A model generated the notes under the pieces. It saw nothing but the letters and a program-made list of their open reading frames with translations, ran no database searches and was not told the DNA's origin. From an uncultured Acetobacteraceae bacterium (lineage in GTDB: Bacteria; Pseudomonadota; Alphaproteobacteria; Acetobacterales; Acetobacteraceae): DNA of 64,000 bases. The translations under genes were made by a program, and so were the position numbers. The stretch covers positions 5,582 to 69,581 of the forward strand of contig CAIYDT010000276.1 in NCBI GenBank assembly GCA_903924985.1. The letters run 5' to 3'. Of the stretch, positions 18,853 to 28,883 are shown piece after piece; within the stretch, counting starts at the first letter, position 1; each line of letters begins with the position of its first letter.

Positions 18853-18891
18853 CTTCGTGCTCCTGGCTTGTTCAGCGGAGACTAGCGCGAT

Positions 18892-20349
18892 CTACTGGCG
18901 AGTAGCAAGTTTAGCTTTCCGCAATTCGATCCCTGAGACCTGTCCGGTGACACGCCAAACCCGGTAACGCTCCACGGTGCCGCGCCCGCCGGTACGGCCG
19001 ATGAAGCCGAGGAAGCTGGCGGAGGACCAGATTTCGGGGTCGATAACTTCGCCCCTGTGCTCGACCCGGACCAGGATGCCGGTGCGCCCGGCTAGGTCGG
19101 TGCGCGGGAGGTTCATCGGGGTCAGGCGTGCTTCGATCCCGATCACGGACATCGCGCCGGGGGCGTTCCAGGCCAGTTCGGCGATCAGCGCGTAGTCCTC
19201 GGCGACGACATAGGAGGCGTTTTCACGAAGGCGCAGAGTTTCGGCATGTGCCGCGAGTTCCTCCCAGCCGGCAAACTGCCGAGCCGCGGGGTCCACGCGG
19301 GCGGGCAGCGGGAGGAAGCCTGTCGCGGCGTGCAGCAGCACAACAGCGGTCAGAACAAAACCCAACCAAACCGAGGGCCAAAGCAATCGCCGCCAGCGCG
19401 GGGCGGTCAGACCGGCGGCGGCAATCACGGCGGCGGGGTAGACGATCGCTGGCCAATTGCCCTGAACCCGGTCTCCAAACGCATGCTGAAGAAAGACAAG
19501 AGCCGGAAGGAGCGATAGCGCAAGAAGGAGCGCATTCGCACCACGGTCCTGACCCGCCCTGACCGCGCGAATGGCTATCCCCAACGCCACCACGCACAAA
19601 ACCCAAACCCCCGGCGTCGCCAGGCCGATCTGACCGCCGATCAGTTCCGCCAGGAATCCCAACGCCCGCTCCGGCTGCCAGTCGGCGACCCGGCCGCCCT
19701 GCTTCAGGAAACTCACCCAGCCGTGCGCGGCGTTCCAGAGCAGAACCGGTAGGAACAGCGCCAGGCCCAGCAGCGCCCCAGCCCAGGGCATTGGGCTGCG
19801 CAGCCAGCGGCGGGCGGAGGGCACCGCCACCACCCAAACACCGATGCCAAGCCACAGGAAAGCGGCGGTGTATTTACTCGCCAGGGCCAAGCCGGCGAAG
19901 GCCCCTGCCGCCAGCCACCACCCTGCCCCGCCCCCGGTGGCAAGCCGAACCATCGCCCAAATGGTCGCGCACCAGAAAAACAGCAGGGGCGCGTCGGGCG
20001 TCATGGTGACGGACCCCGCCCCCACCAGCAGCGTGGCATTCCACAGCGCGCCCGCTGTCAGCCCCGCGCGTCGGTTCGGAAACACACGCTCGGCGGCATC
20101 GGCCAGCAGCAGCGTGCCCAAAGCCGCGGCCAGCGGCCCCAGCAGGCGTACGCCCAGCGGGGTTTCCCCCAGCAGCAGCGTGCCGGCGCGGATCCATAGC
20201 GCCACCATCGGCGGATGATCGACGTACCCGGGCGCCAACGCTCGGGACCACACCCAGTAGTATGCCTCATCCGGCAACAGCGGCAGGAACGCGGCGCAAA
20301 GCAACCGCACGGCCGTCAGCGCCGCCAGAACGGCGGCCGCCGGCCTCAA
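18892..20349 (-). CDS. GT-C glycosyltransferase, ArnT/PMT-like (GT39/GT83)
   Basis: PDEAYYWVWS, GYVDHPP, LGVRL, MTPDAPLLFFW, SKYT; TTG start overlapping the upstream stop (TTGA). Confidence 0.88.
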   Translation of the reverse strand: MRPAAAVLAALTAVRLLCAAFLPLLPDEAYYWVWSRALAPGYVDHPPMVALWIRAGTLLLGETPLGVRLLGPLAAALGTLLLADAAERVFPNRRAGLTAGALWNATLLVGAGSVTMTPDAPLLFFWCATIWAMVRLATGGGAGWWLAAGAFAGLALASKYTAAFLWLGIGVWVVAVPSARRWLRSPMPWAGALLGLALFLPVLLWNAAHGWVSFLKQGGRVADWQPERALGFLAELIGGQIGLATPGVWVLCVVALGIAIRAVRAGQDRGANALLLALSLLPALVFLQHAFGDRVQGNWPAIVYPAAVIAAAGLTAPRWRRLLWPSVWLGFVLTAVVLLHAATGFLPLPARVDPAARQFAGWEELAAHAETLRLRENASYVVAEDYALIAELAWNAPGAMSVIGIEARLTPMNLPRTDLAGRTGILVRVEHRGEVIDPEIWSSASFLGFIGRTGGRGTVERYRVWRVTGQVSGIELRKAKLATRQ

Positions 20350-21449
20350 CGCGCGCGCCACACCAGCGTGGCCGAAACGGCGTAGTTCCAAACCACCCCA
20401 ATCACGGCGCCGATCGCTCCGGCGGCGGTCCAGGTGGTGTGGGATTCGTACAGTGTGTTGGCGATGCCGATATTCGCGATAGCACCCACGCCGCAAACCA
20501 CGATGAACAGCACCAGGCCTCGCCACAGCCTCGGCCCTCGCAGCCGCTGATCGCGGTAGGTAATGACGTTGTTGAGCTGGAAGTTGAAGATCATGGCGAC
20601 AATGGTGGCGATTGTCTGCTCCACCTCGAACCCAAGGCCGGTGGTTTGGCGCAACCCGGCCAGGATGAACAGATGTACCAGCACGCCGATCGCACCCACC
20701 AGGGCGAAGGAGATGAAGCGCAACGGCAGCAGCCCGCCGCAGATCTTGTCCAGCAGCAGCCCGCCAAACTGCATCATCACCAGCGCGTCGAGCTTGCTTT
20801 TCCCTGCCACGCGCTCCCGGAATGTGGCGGGAACCTCCTTAACACGCAGCGGCGCCGGGGCCGACAGGACGAGGTCCAGCAGAATTTTGAAACCCTGCCC
20901 GTTCAGGCCATGCGCGAGTTCCTCGAACAAGGGGCGGGGCAGCATGAAGAAGCCGCTCATGGGATCGGTCAGCTTCACCGGCAGGAACATCTGCGACAAC
21001 CAGATCCCCCCATCCGATAGCATGTGCCGCCAACGCCCCGACAATCCGGCGTTGTCTCCACCTTCGACATGCCGGCTGGCAACGGCCAAATCGTATTCCC
21101 CTGTCCGCAGTGTTTCGAGCATGGACGGCAACCGGGTCTCATCGTGTTGCAGATCGCCGTCGATCACCGCGACAAAGGCAGCCGAGGATGAAAGAGCGCC
21201 CTCGATCACCGCCGACGCCAGACCGCGCCGCCCAACCCGCCGAATACAGCGGACCCGAGGGTCGGTTTGAGCAATGCGGCGTACCTCGGCCACGGTCCCG
21301 TCCGGACTGTCGTCGTCGACATAAATGACCTCCCACGCAATGCCGGTCAGGGCAGCATCCAGCATGGCGATCATGGGAGCGACATTGGGCCGCTCGTTGT
21401 AGCAAGGCACAACAACGCTAAGGGTCGGCGCGCCGGAAAATGCTGTCAT
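20346..21449 (-). CDS. Polyprenol-phosphate sugar synthase (GT2, Dpm1-like) fused to a GtrA-like flippase domain
   Basis: VVVPCYNE, VDDDSPDGT, GRRGLASA, IDGDLQHD, TDPMSGFF, GFKILLD; C-terminal RFISFALVG...NFQLNNVITYRD...WNY. Confidence 0.9.
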   Translation of the reverse strand: MTAFSGAPTLSVVVPCYNERPNVAPMIAMLDAALTGIAWEVIYVDDDSPDGTVAEVRRIAQTDPRVRCIRRVGRRGLASAVIEGALSSSAAFVAVIDGDLQHDETRLPSMLETLRTGEYDLAVASRHVEGGDNAGLSGRWRHMLSDGGIWLSQMFLPVKLTDPMSGFFMLPRPLFEELAHGLNGQGFKILLDLVLSAPAPLRVKEVPATFRERVAGKSKLDALVMMQFGGLLLDKICGGLLPLRFISFALVGAIGVLVHLFILAGLRQTTGLGFEVEQTIATIVAMIFNFQLNNVITYRDQRLRGPRLWRGLVLFIVVCGVGAIANIGIANTLYESHTTWTAAGAIGAVIGVVWNYAVSATLVWRAR

Positions 21450-21952
21450 GGCATGCGAGCCGGCACATCCTGGAATGGCACTCCCGAAAGACTGCGGCTC
21501 GTGCGGATGGTCTGCAAGGTCTGCACCCTGCTGACGGTAGGCAAACCGGTTAAACGCTGGGTCAATTGGTTTTCATGCGCGGTGTCCCGAGCCACCAGTT
21601 TCAGCAGAAAGTCGCCACCGCCGCGGATCATGTGGCACTCGCGCACTTCGGGCCACGCGGCCGCGGTTTGCTCGAAGGCAGCCAGCACGGACTCCTTCTG
21701 GCTGTCCAGACCGACGATGGCAAAGAACGTGATCTCCCACCCAAGTTTCTGGGGATCGGTATCGGCGTGATAACCACGGATGACGCCCGCCTGCTCGAGT
21801 ACCCGCACCCGTCGCAGACAGGGGGGCGCCGAGACCCCGGCATGACGGGACAGCTCCACGTTTGTCATCCGCCCGTCCTCCTGCAGCGCAGCCAGGATAC
21901 GTCGGTCAATGGCGTCGAGGTGTATGGGCACCTCGGGTCCTGGTTGTTTCAT
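21446..21952 (-). CDS. Lrp/AsnC family transcriptional regulator
   Basis: LDAIDRRILAALQEDGRMTNVELS...SAPPCLRRVR.LE, ECHM..G..DFLLK. Confidence 0.93.
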   Translation of the reverse strand: MKQPGPEVPIHLDAIDRRILAALQEDGRMTNVELSRHAGVSAPPCLRRVRVLEQAGVIRGYHADTDPQKLGWEITFFAIVGLDSQKESVLAAFEQTAAAWPEVRECHMIRGGGDFLLKLVARDTAHENQLTQRLTGLPTVSRVQTLQTIRTSRSLSGVPFQDVPARMP

Positions 21953-22035
21953 GATTCTTGATGACCGGTCTGCTATGTCCAGGAGGCGGGGTGCCGCGCA
22001 ATATTATTGTTCAGAGCGAGGGCCGCAAGAGCGAA

Positions 22036-23631
22036 TCAGTGCTGGGGCAGTTGGCACGATGGATTAGGGCGTACCCTGAACAGCGCCGCGGCATCGGCCG
22101 CCGCGACCAGCACCAACCGGTCGCTTGCGTAGTGGACGAGGTCTGGCTCCGCCCCGGCCTGTAACAGCAGCACGTTATCGTAGCCGCATAAGTCGACTTT
22201 GCCCGGCTTTTCCAGATCATGGTGCGGCGGCATGCCCCCGACATGCACGGCCATTTCGCGGTACGGCTCCCGTGTTTCGACCGGCTGTTGGGAGGGGTTG
22301 TCGAACAGGAAGGGCCACCAGGCCCGGTGCTCGATCAGCAGCAGCGCGGGCAGTTGTGCGTCGGTCCGGATCCCGTCCGACAGGCGGCGTGCGGCGGGGC
22401 TGCGATTCCAGTACTCAGGCTCTTCCTCGGGGGTGATGGTGGTTACAAACACGGCGCTGCCGGGGGTTACGCTGGCGGTAACGGCGCGCAACTGCGCCAA
22501 ATCGTCATTGTGCCCGATCCAGGCGCCGCTCAAAACCGCCATACGCACGACGAACAACGCGATCACCCCTGCTGCGATCAGTCTCCCGACGCGGGGTGAT
22601 AGTGCCACTGGCGCCATCCCCCCGAACAACAGGAAGCCCAGTAGCACGACGAACCGCGTGTCCAGGTTGTAGGTGCCTTTGAACCTGAAGGGGGCAGCCA
22701 CGTACAGGAGTGTCAAAAGCAGCAGCGCGACAGCGGAACGCGGGGGCATCCACAAGCGGCGCGTCACCACGCCAACGACCAACCCACCGGCAACCAAAAC
22801 AGCCGAAGCGACATCCAACGGCAGAGAATAATTGGCAAAGGGGATCAGCAGTTGTGCCGCCTTGTCTGCAGCCGACAGATAATCGACGCCTCCTTCCATT
22901 CCACTCAGGTTGGACGAAAAATAAAGTGCTGCCGGCAGCGCGAACACCGGCACCATGAACAACGCCCGCAATGCCACGGCCGATGGTTTACGGCGCAGGG
23001 TGGGTAGCTTTGTCAGCTCATGCGCGCCTATCAGCAGCGCGTAGAACAGCAGACCCATCAAATGGCAGAAGAACAACACCACCGCACCGGGGATCGCCAG
23101 CAGCAGAGTACGCAAAGGATCTGCCTCCCGCCACCGCAGCCAAGAGGCGGCTAGCAGGAGCGCCACGCCGATGCCCACGGTGAAATTCAGGAAACCCTGC
23201 AGCAGCGCGGCGTTGTAGGCGACCAGCGCGCACCCCAATGACCACCACGTTCGCCGCCCCAGTAAGGCGCGGCTGTATGCAACGGTACCGAACACGGGCA
23301 ACAGCAGCACGATACCCAGCACGATACGCCCGGCAACGTGGACCGGCAGCAACCATAGCAGCGGGGGACCTATCACGTCGATCGCAAGGTCCGGAATGAT
23401 GTCCCAGCGCGGGGCATAAAAACGCGCCAGAACGGGGTCGGCGCCATTTGCCGCCAGGATCACCATGCGTGCGAGATGGTTGGGGTAATCCAACAGCGGC
23501 GGTACATCCACCAGCAGCAGTGGGAACAGCAGAGCAAGGCACACCGCGGCGAAACTTGCCCACCAGCACCGCGAGGACGCTGCGGTGGCGCCACACAACC
23601 GGCGGCCTCGATGAAGTATCGACTGTACCAT
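22036..23631 (-). CDS. Polytopic membrane protein, probable GT-C-fold glycosyltransferase
   Basis: PPLLDYPNHLAR luminal-loop motif after TM1, GFLNF, FFCHL, DTRF; many TM segments plus a soluble C-terminal domain. Start uncertain (23631 or 23709). Confidence 0.7.
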   Translation of the reverse strand: MVQSILHRGRRLCGATAASSRCWWASFAAVCLALLFPLLLVDVPPLLDYPNHLARMVILAANGADPVLARFYAPRWDIIPDLAIDVIGPPLLWLLPVHVAGRIVLGIVLLLPVFGTVAYSRALLGRRTWWSLGCALVAYNAALLQGFLNFTVGIGVALLLAASWLRWREADPLRTLLLAIPGAVVLFFCHLMGLLFYALLIGAHELTKLPTLRRKPSAVALRALFMVPVFALPAALYFSSNLSGMEGGVDYLSAADKAAQLLIPFANYSLPLDVASAVLVAGGLVVGVVTRRLWMPPRSAVALLLLTLLYVAAPFRFKGTYNLDTRFVVLLGFLLFGGMAPVALSPRVGRLIAAGVIALFVVRMAVLSGAWIGHNDDLAQLRAVTASVTPGSAVFVTTITPEEEPEYWNRSPAARRLSDGIRTDAQLPALLLIEHRAWWPFLFDNPSQQPVETREPYREMAVHVGGMPPHHDLEKPGKVDLCGYDNVLLLQAGAEPDLVHYASDRLVLVAAADAAALFRVRPNPSCQLPQH

Positions 23632-23785
23632 GACGGCTCCGAATGGAGACGTGGATGTCCTGATTGCGGCCGCTTTGGCAATATTGGCAGCGGTCATGGT
23701 GGCTTTCAAAGACGTCGCCCGAGCGGAGCGCGTGGCGTACGAGGGCTGTCATATCGGCGCGGTATGGCGGCAATGTGACCGGCGC

Positions 23786-23843
23786 TTGACATTCTTATAC
23801 TCGGGGCTAGCATAAGCTCAAGAAATGCTCATATAGAGCATTA
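23786..23843 (+). promoter_or_regulatory. nadA promoter with two tandem NadQ-type operators
   Basis: TTGACA at 23786; TTATACTC-ggggc-TAGCATAA (23795-23815) and ATGCTC-atata-GAGCAT (23825-23841) fit the NadQ consensus ttATRCTC-N5-GAGYATaa. Confidence 0.75.
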
Positions 23844-23859
23844 CAAGGAGAGGCATCCC

Positions 23860-24843
23860 ATGTCCGATTCCACGGTTCTCGAGCGAACGGCACCTTTGTA
23901 TCAGAAGGTACGGTCTGTGATACCGCCCATCGAATGGCCGGTGTTCGCCGACGATATCGAGGCTATTCTGGCGCTGAAGAAGCAGCGGGACGCTGTCATT
24001 CTGGCACACAACTATATGACGCCGGAGATCTTCCACTGCGTCGCCGATATCGTGGGCGATAGCCTCGCGCTGGCACGTGAAGCAATGAAGGTGGACGCCA
24101 AGATCATCGTGCTGGCCGGCGTGCATTTCATGGCCGAGACGGCGAAGATGCTGAACCCGCGCAAAACGGTGCTGATTCCGGATGTGGAGGCCGGATGTTC
24201 GCTGGCATCTTCCATCACCGCGGCCGACGTACGCCTGATGCGCGCTCGCTATCCCGGCGTGCCGGTGGTGACTTATGTAAACTCTACCGCGGAGGTAAAG
24301 GCGGAGTCCGATATATGCTGCACCTCCGGCAACGCCTTGAAAGTCGTCGAGTCCCTCGGCGTTCCCGAGGTCATCATGCTGCCGGACGAGTTCCTGGCGC
24401 AGAACATCGCAAAACAGACCAAGGTGAAAATCATTGCCTGGGCTGGACATTGCGAGGTGCATGAGCGGTTCACCGCCGCCGAAGTCCGGACGCTACGTGC
24501 CGATCACCCGGGCGTGGTGATCCTCGCGCACCCGGAATGCCCTCCCGAAGTGGTGGCTGAGGCCGATTACGCCGGCTCCACAGCCGACATGTCGGCGTTC
24601 GTTGGGCGCGAAAAGCCAAAGCGGGTCGTGCTGCTGACGGAATGCTCGATGGCCGACAACGTGTCGGTGCATCATCCGGACGTAGACTTCGTGCGTCCAT
24701 GCAATCTTTGCCCCCACATGAAGCGGATCACATTGCCTAAAATCCGTCGCTCGCTGGAGACGTTGACGCACGCCGTCACGATCGATCCGGCGCTGGCCGA
24801 ACGTGCTCGGATGTCGGTCGAGCGCATGCTGGCGGTGAAGTAG
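23860..24843 (+). CDS. nadA: Quinolinate synthase
   Basis: [53 protein letters not shown]. Confidence 0.97.
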   Translation: MSDSTVLERTAPLYQKVRSVIPPIEWPVFADDIEAILALKKQRDAVILAHNYMTPEIFHCVADIVGDSLALAREAMKVDAKIIVLAGVHFMAETAKMLNPRKTVLIPDVEAGCSLASSITAADVRLMRARYPGVPVVTYVNSTAEVKAESDICCTSGNALKVVESLGVPEVIMLPDEFLAQNIAKQTKVKIIAWAGHCEVHERFTAAEVRTLRADHPGVVILAHPECPPEVVAEADYAGSTADMSAFVGREKPKRVVLLTECSMADNVSVHHPDVDFVRPCNLCPHMKRITLPKIRRSLETLTHAVTIDPALAERARMSVERMLAVK

Positions 24844-24854
24844 GAGACTCCACC

Positions 24855-25706
24855 ATGTCTGTCCCTCCCCTGCCCGCCATCATGATTGAGCCGATGGTGC
24901 GTGCCACATTGCTGGAAGACCTCGGTCGCGCCGGCGATTTGACCACGGACTCGATCGTCCCGGCTGAAGCGCGCACGACCTGCGCCCTGATGGCGCGCCA
25001 ATCCGGCGTGGTTGCCGGGCTGGATTTCGCACTGATGGCCTTTCGTCTGATCGATCCGCGGATTGACTGCCTGGTGGAGCTGCAAGACGGTACGCGGTTG
25101 AAACCCGGCGACCTGATCGCCACCATTTCCGGCCCAGCCCGTGGAATCCTGACAGCTGAGCGAACGGCCCTGAATTTCTTGTCGCACCTAAGCGGTGTTG
25201 CGTCCGCAACCCGCGGAATCGCCGACGCGATCGCGGGGACCAAGGCGCAGGTGTGTTGCACCCGCAAGACAATGCCGGGTTTGCGGGCGGCGCAGAAATA
25301 CGCGGTCCGCGTAGGGGGTGGATCGAACCACCGGTTCGGCCTGGATGACGCCGTGTTGATCAAGGATAACCACGTCGCCATCGCCGGCGGTGTGTGCGCC
25401 GCTGTGGAGCGCGCTCGCGCGGGAGTGGGACACCTGGTGAAGATCGAACTCGAAGTCGACACGCTGGATCAGTTGCGTGAAGCGATGGAACTGCGCGTCG
25501 ATGCCGTTCTGCTGGACAATATGGGACCGGACCTGTTGCGGGAGGCCGTCGGCATCGTGGACGGGCGTGCGATTACCGAAGCGTCGGGCCGAATCCGGCC
25601 GGACACGGCGCCGGCCATCGCACGCGCCGGGGTTGATTTGTTGTCGGTGGGATGGCTGACGCATAGCGCGGCGGTGCTGGATATCGGGTTGGATCATATT
25701 GGGTAA
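24855..25706 (+). CDS. nadC: Nicotinate-nucleotide diphosphorylase (carboxylating)
   Basis: EDLGRAGDLT, AERTALNFL, TRKT.PGLR, NHRFGLDD..LIKDNH, LLDNM, EASG. Confidence 0.97.
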   Translation: MSVPPLPAIMIEPMVRATLLEDLGRAGDLTTDSIVPAEARTTCALMARQSGVVAGLDFALMAFRLIDPRIDCLVELQDGTRLKPGDLIATISGPARGILTAERTALNFLSHLSGVASATRGIADAIAGTKAQVCCTRKTMPGLRAAQKYAVRVGGGSNHRFGLDDAVLIKDNHVAIAGGVCAAVERARAGVGHLVKIELEVDTLDQLREAMELRVDAVLLDNMGPDLLREAVGIVDGRAITEASGRIRPDTAPAIARAGVDLLSVGWLTHSAAVLDIGLDHIG

Positions 25707-25790
25707 CGGCGGCGACGCCCAAGTGCCATGATCCCAACGCTGAGTGTATCACAGTCGTTGACACGTTCCTCGTCGCATCTTCCGCACCCC

Positions 25791-26528
25791 CTAGGACCGT
25801 GGAGTTGCCGGCAATAACTCCCGCAACGACCGGATGATTCGGTCCGGCCGCGCCTCGGTCCCCACCGGCAGACCGCCGCCCAGCGAATCATGCCAGATCG
25901 CGTGAATGCCAAGGCGCTGCGGGGCGATGACCTCCCACTCCAAATTGTCCCCGACCATCCACGTCTCGTGCGCCTCGACGCCGAGGACAGACATGGCATG
26001 CAGGTACGCGCGTTCCTCGGGCTTCCCGAAGCCGTGCTCGCCCTCTATCTGGATGTGATGGAAGCGATGGGTTAGCCCGAAACGCACCACCTTGGCGCGC
26101 TGCGGCTGGGCAGCACCGTTTGTGATCAGTGCGAGTTTGACGCCGGCCGCGCGCAGCGTATCGACCACTTCGTGCGCGTGTGGGAACAGATGCATCTGTT
26201 CATCGCGGTAGGTCTGGTAGCGCTCCGCCATCATGGTCGCCAACGACGCATCCGGCACGGCCGCGCCGTTACGGGCCAGCGCGGAAAAGCCGTCCAGCAC
26301 GATATCCCGCCGAGCGTACAACAAATTCAACCGCCCGCGGCGGTGTCGGTCCTCATCGGACCAGAATACCTCGGAGGCAGCCGATACCGCCCCGGCCACC
26401 ATCTCCGGTGCCAGGCCGCGTAAATCGCTGGCGAATTCTCCTGCGATCGCCACCCATGCAAGCTCTGGCTGCCGATAAGCGGAGATCAGTGTGTCGTCGA
26501 GGTCGAACAGCACGGCCCGCGGCAACAT
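25791..26528 (-). CDS. HAD family hydrolase
   Basis: FDLDDTL motif I, LITNG motif II, KP and MVGDNLEWE motifs. Confidence 0.9.
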   Translation of the reverse strand: MLPRAVLFDLDDTLISAYRQPELAWVAIAGEFASDLRGLAPEMVAGAVSAASEVFWSDEDRHRRGRLNLLYARRDIVLDGFSALARNGAAVPDASLATMMAERYQTYRDEQMHLFPHAHEVVDTLRAAGVKLALITNGAAQPQRAKVVRFGLTHRFHHIQIEGEHGFGKPEERAYLHAMSVLGVEAHETWMVGDNLEWEVIAPQRLGIHAIWHDSLGGGLPVGTEARPDRIIRSLRELLPATPRS

Positions 26529-26530
26529 TG

Positions 26531-27340
26531 TCACACCTCCAACCTGGATGGATCGAACGTCACCGCATGATTCAACGGCCCATGCCCTTCTCCAAATCCG
26601 GGTGCGGAAGCAATCGCCGCCCTGACATAAGCCCGCGCTCTGATCACGGCATCCCGAAGGGACATCCCTTGCGCCAGTCCCGTGGCCACCGCGGACGCCG
26701 TGGTGCATCCGGTCCCATGCGTGTGTCGCGTCGCGATGCGTGTGCCAGTAAACGCCTCGATTCCTTCCGATGTCGCCAGCAGATCCGTGAGCTGGTCTCC
26801 CGGCAGATGCCCGCCCTTCAACAGTACCGCGGGAACCCCCAGAGAGAGCAGAACAGAAGCTGCTACGCGCATGTCGGCAACCGATGCGATCGACATACCG
26901 GACAATGCCTCTGCCTCCGGCAGATTAGGGGTGATGACCCGAGCCAAAGGCAGTAGCCGGGAGCGGAGAACGCCCACTGCATCATCTGCCAGCAAAGCAT
27001 GCCCGCCCTTGGCCACCATCACGGGGTCCAGGACTAACGGCACGCCAGGTGCGTAGTCCGATAGCGCCGCGCACACTGCTTCAATAGTGGCGACATCGCC
27101 CAGCATGCCGGTCTTGATGACGTCGGCACCAATATCTTCCATTACAACCTGAATTTGCTGGCGGATGAATGCCACCGGTACCGGATGCATCCCGTACACC
27201 CCCAGCGTGTTCTGCGCGGTAAGGGCCGTCAGGGCTGTGGCAGCGAAGCCGCCCAGAGCAGTGATCGTCTTGATATCTGCCTGAATGCCCGCGCCGCCGC
27301 CGGAGTCAGACCCGGCGACGACCAGCACACGTCCGCGCAT
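26531..27340 (-). CDS. thiD: Hydroxymethylpyrimidine/phosphomethylpyrimidine kinase
   Basis: AGSDSGGGAGIQADIKT, TAQNT, KTGML, DPVMVAKGG, TPNLPEA, KGGH, THGTGCT. Confidence 0.96.
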   Translation of the reverse strand: MRGRVLVVAGSDSGGGAGIQADIKTITALGGFAATALTALTAQNTLGVYGMHPVPVAFIRQQIQVVMEDIGADVIKTGMLGDVATIEAVCAALSDYAPGVPLVLDPVMVAKGGHALLADDAVGVLRSRLLPLARVITPNLPEAEALSGMSIASVADMRVAASVLLSLGVPAVLLKGGHLPGDQLTDLLATSEGIEAFTGTRIATRHTHGTGCTTASAVATGLAQGMSLRDAVIRARAYVRAAIASAPGFGEGHGPLNHAVTFDPSRLEV

Positions 27341-28704
27341 CAGGCAGCCTTCCCACGTTCGGTCGCGGCGATGATAGCACACAGCCCGTCCACCACCTCG
27401 GCTACCAGGGCTTCATTCTCGCCCTCCGCCATCACGCGTATGAGAGGTTCGGTGCCACTGGGACGGATGAGCACCCGGCCCGTGCCAACCAGTCGTGCCT
27501 CGGCCGCCGCTATGGCATGCTTCACCCCCGCATCCAGCAGCGGAGATTTCCCGGCGAAGCGAACGTTTTTCAGTCGCTGTGGCAGGCGGGGGAACACGCC
27601 GCAAACTTCCGACGCGGCGCGGCCGCTTTCGACCATCACGGCCAGCACCTGCAATGCCGCTAACAGTCCGTCGCCGGTGGTCGCGAAGTCTGACATGATC
27701 ACATGCCCCGACTGCTCGCCCCCCAGGTTGCATCCTTTCTCCCGCATACGTTCGGCCACGTAGCGATCACCCACCTGGGTGCGGAACAGCGCCAAACCAT
27801 ACTCCTCAAGATAACGCTCCAACCCCAGGTTGGACATCACCGTCGCGACGATGCCACCGCCACGAAGCTGGCCTGACGCGAGCCAGGAACGCGCAACCAA
27901 GGCCAGGATTTGGTCGCCATCAACCACTTCCCCATGTTCGTCGGCGAGGATGAGGCGATCGGCATCGCCGTCAAGCGCGATGCCGATGTCCGCACCATGC
28001 TCCAGCACCTGCGCGCAAAGGAACGCAGGAGCGGTCGAACCGCAACCGCGGTTAATATTGAACCCATCTGGCTGCACGCCGACCGATATAACGGTTGCTC
28101 CCAGTTCCCACAGTACGGACGGGGCAACGCGGTAGGCGGCGCCATTGGCGCAGTCGATGACGATCTTCAGACCGTCCAGCCTCAAACCGCGCGGGAAGCT
28201 GGCTTTTGCCGCTTCAACGTAGCGGCCTCCGGCGTCGTCCAGACGCGAGGCGCGACCCAGTTCGGCCGATCCCGCCATCTGATCGGCGAAGTCGCTGTCC
28301 ATAAGGGCTTCGATCTCGATCTCTCGCTCGTCCGACAGCTTGTTACCATCGGGGCCGAATAGCTTGATACCATTGTCTTCATACGCATTATGAGACGCTG
28401 AGATCATCACCCCCAGATCGGCGCGCAGGCTGCGGGTCAGCATCGCGATGGCTGGCGTCGGCAGCGGGCCCAGTAGGGTGACATCCATGCCGGCGCTGAT
28501 GAAGCCCGCGGTCAAGGCCGGTTCGATCAGGTAGCCTGACAGACGGGTATCCTTGCCAATCACCACTTTGTGCCGATATGCCCCGCGGGTAAACAGCAGC
28601 CCGGCAGCCTGACCCAGCCGCAAAGCGGTGCCCGCGGTCATCGGATAGGTGTTGGCTTTGCCACGAATACCGTCGGTGCCGAACAGGCGTCTGGTCTTTG
28701 TCAT
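27340..28704 (-). CDS. glmM: Phosphoglucosamine mutase
   Basis: [43 protein letters not shown]. Confidence 0.97.
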   Translation of the reverse strand: MTKTRRLFGTDGIRGKANTYPMTAGTALRLGQAAGLLFTRGAYRHKVVIGKDTRLSGYLIEPALTAGFISAGMDVTLLGPLPTPAIAMLTRSLRADLGVMISASHNAYEDNGIKLFGPDGNKLSDEREIEIEALMDSDFADQMAGSAELGRASRLDDAGGRYVEAAKASFPRGLRLDGLKIVIDCANGAAYRVAPSVLWELGATVISVGVQPDGFNINRGCGSTAPAFLCAQVLEHGADIGIALDGDADRLILADEHGEVVDGDQILALVARSWLASGQLRGGGIVATVMSNLGLERYLEEYGLALFRTQVGDRYVAERMREKGCNLGGEQSGHVIMSDFATTGDGLLAALQVLAVMVESGRAASEVCGVFPRLPQRLKNVRFAGKSPLLDAGVKHAIAAAEARLVGTGRVLIRPSGTEPLIRVMAEGENEALVAEVVDGLCAIIAATERGKAA

Positions 28705-28883
28705 CCGAATCCCGTCTTGCGCATGTCGTTGGGTTTACCCCAGCGGCGGGACATTGGGAAAGGCATTAGCCCTATGGCTTGCCAAGATGCTGTAAGATAA
28801 GGCAAAAGCTAACGGGCGCCGGCTCGATATTTCGAGCCTGTAAGAAGGTCGATGAAATGTCATGCACCGCACCTCCCGTTAAC

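Noticed and set aside
23630-23815. 61-aa plus-strand ORF with a hydrophobic N-terminus
   Set aside because: It runs through the nadA promoter and operators and overlaps the probable 5' region of the opposite gene; no recognisable family.
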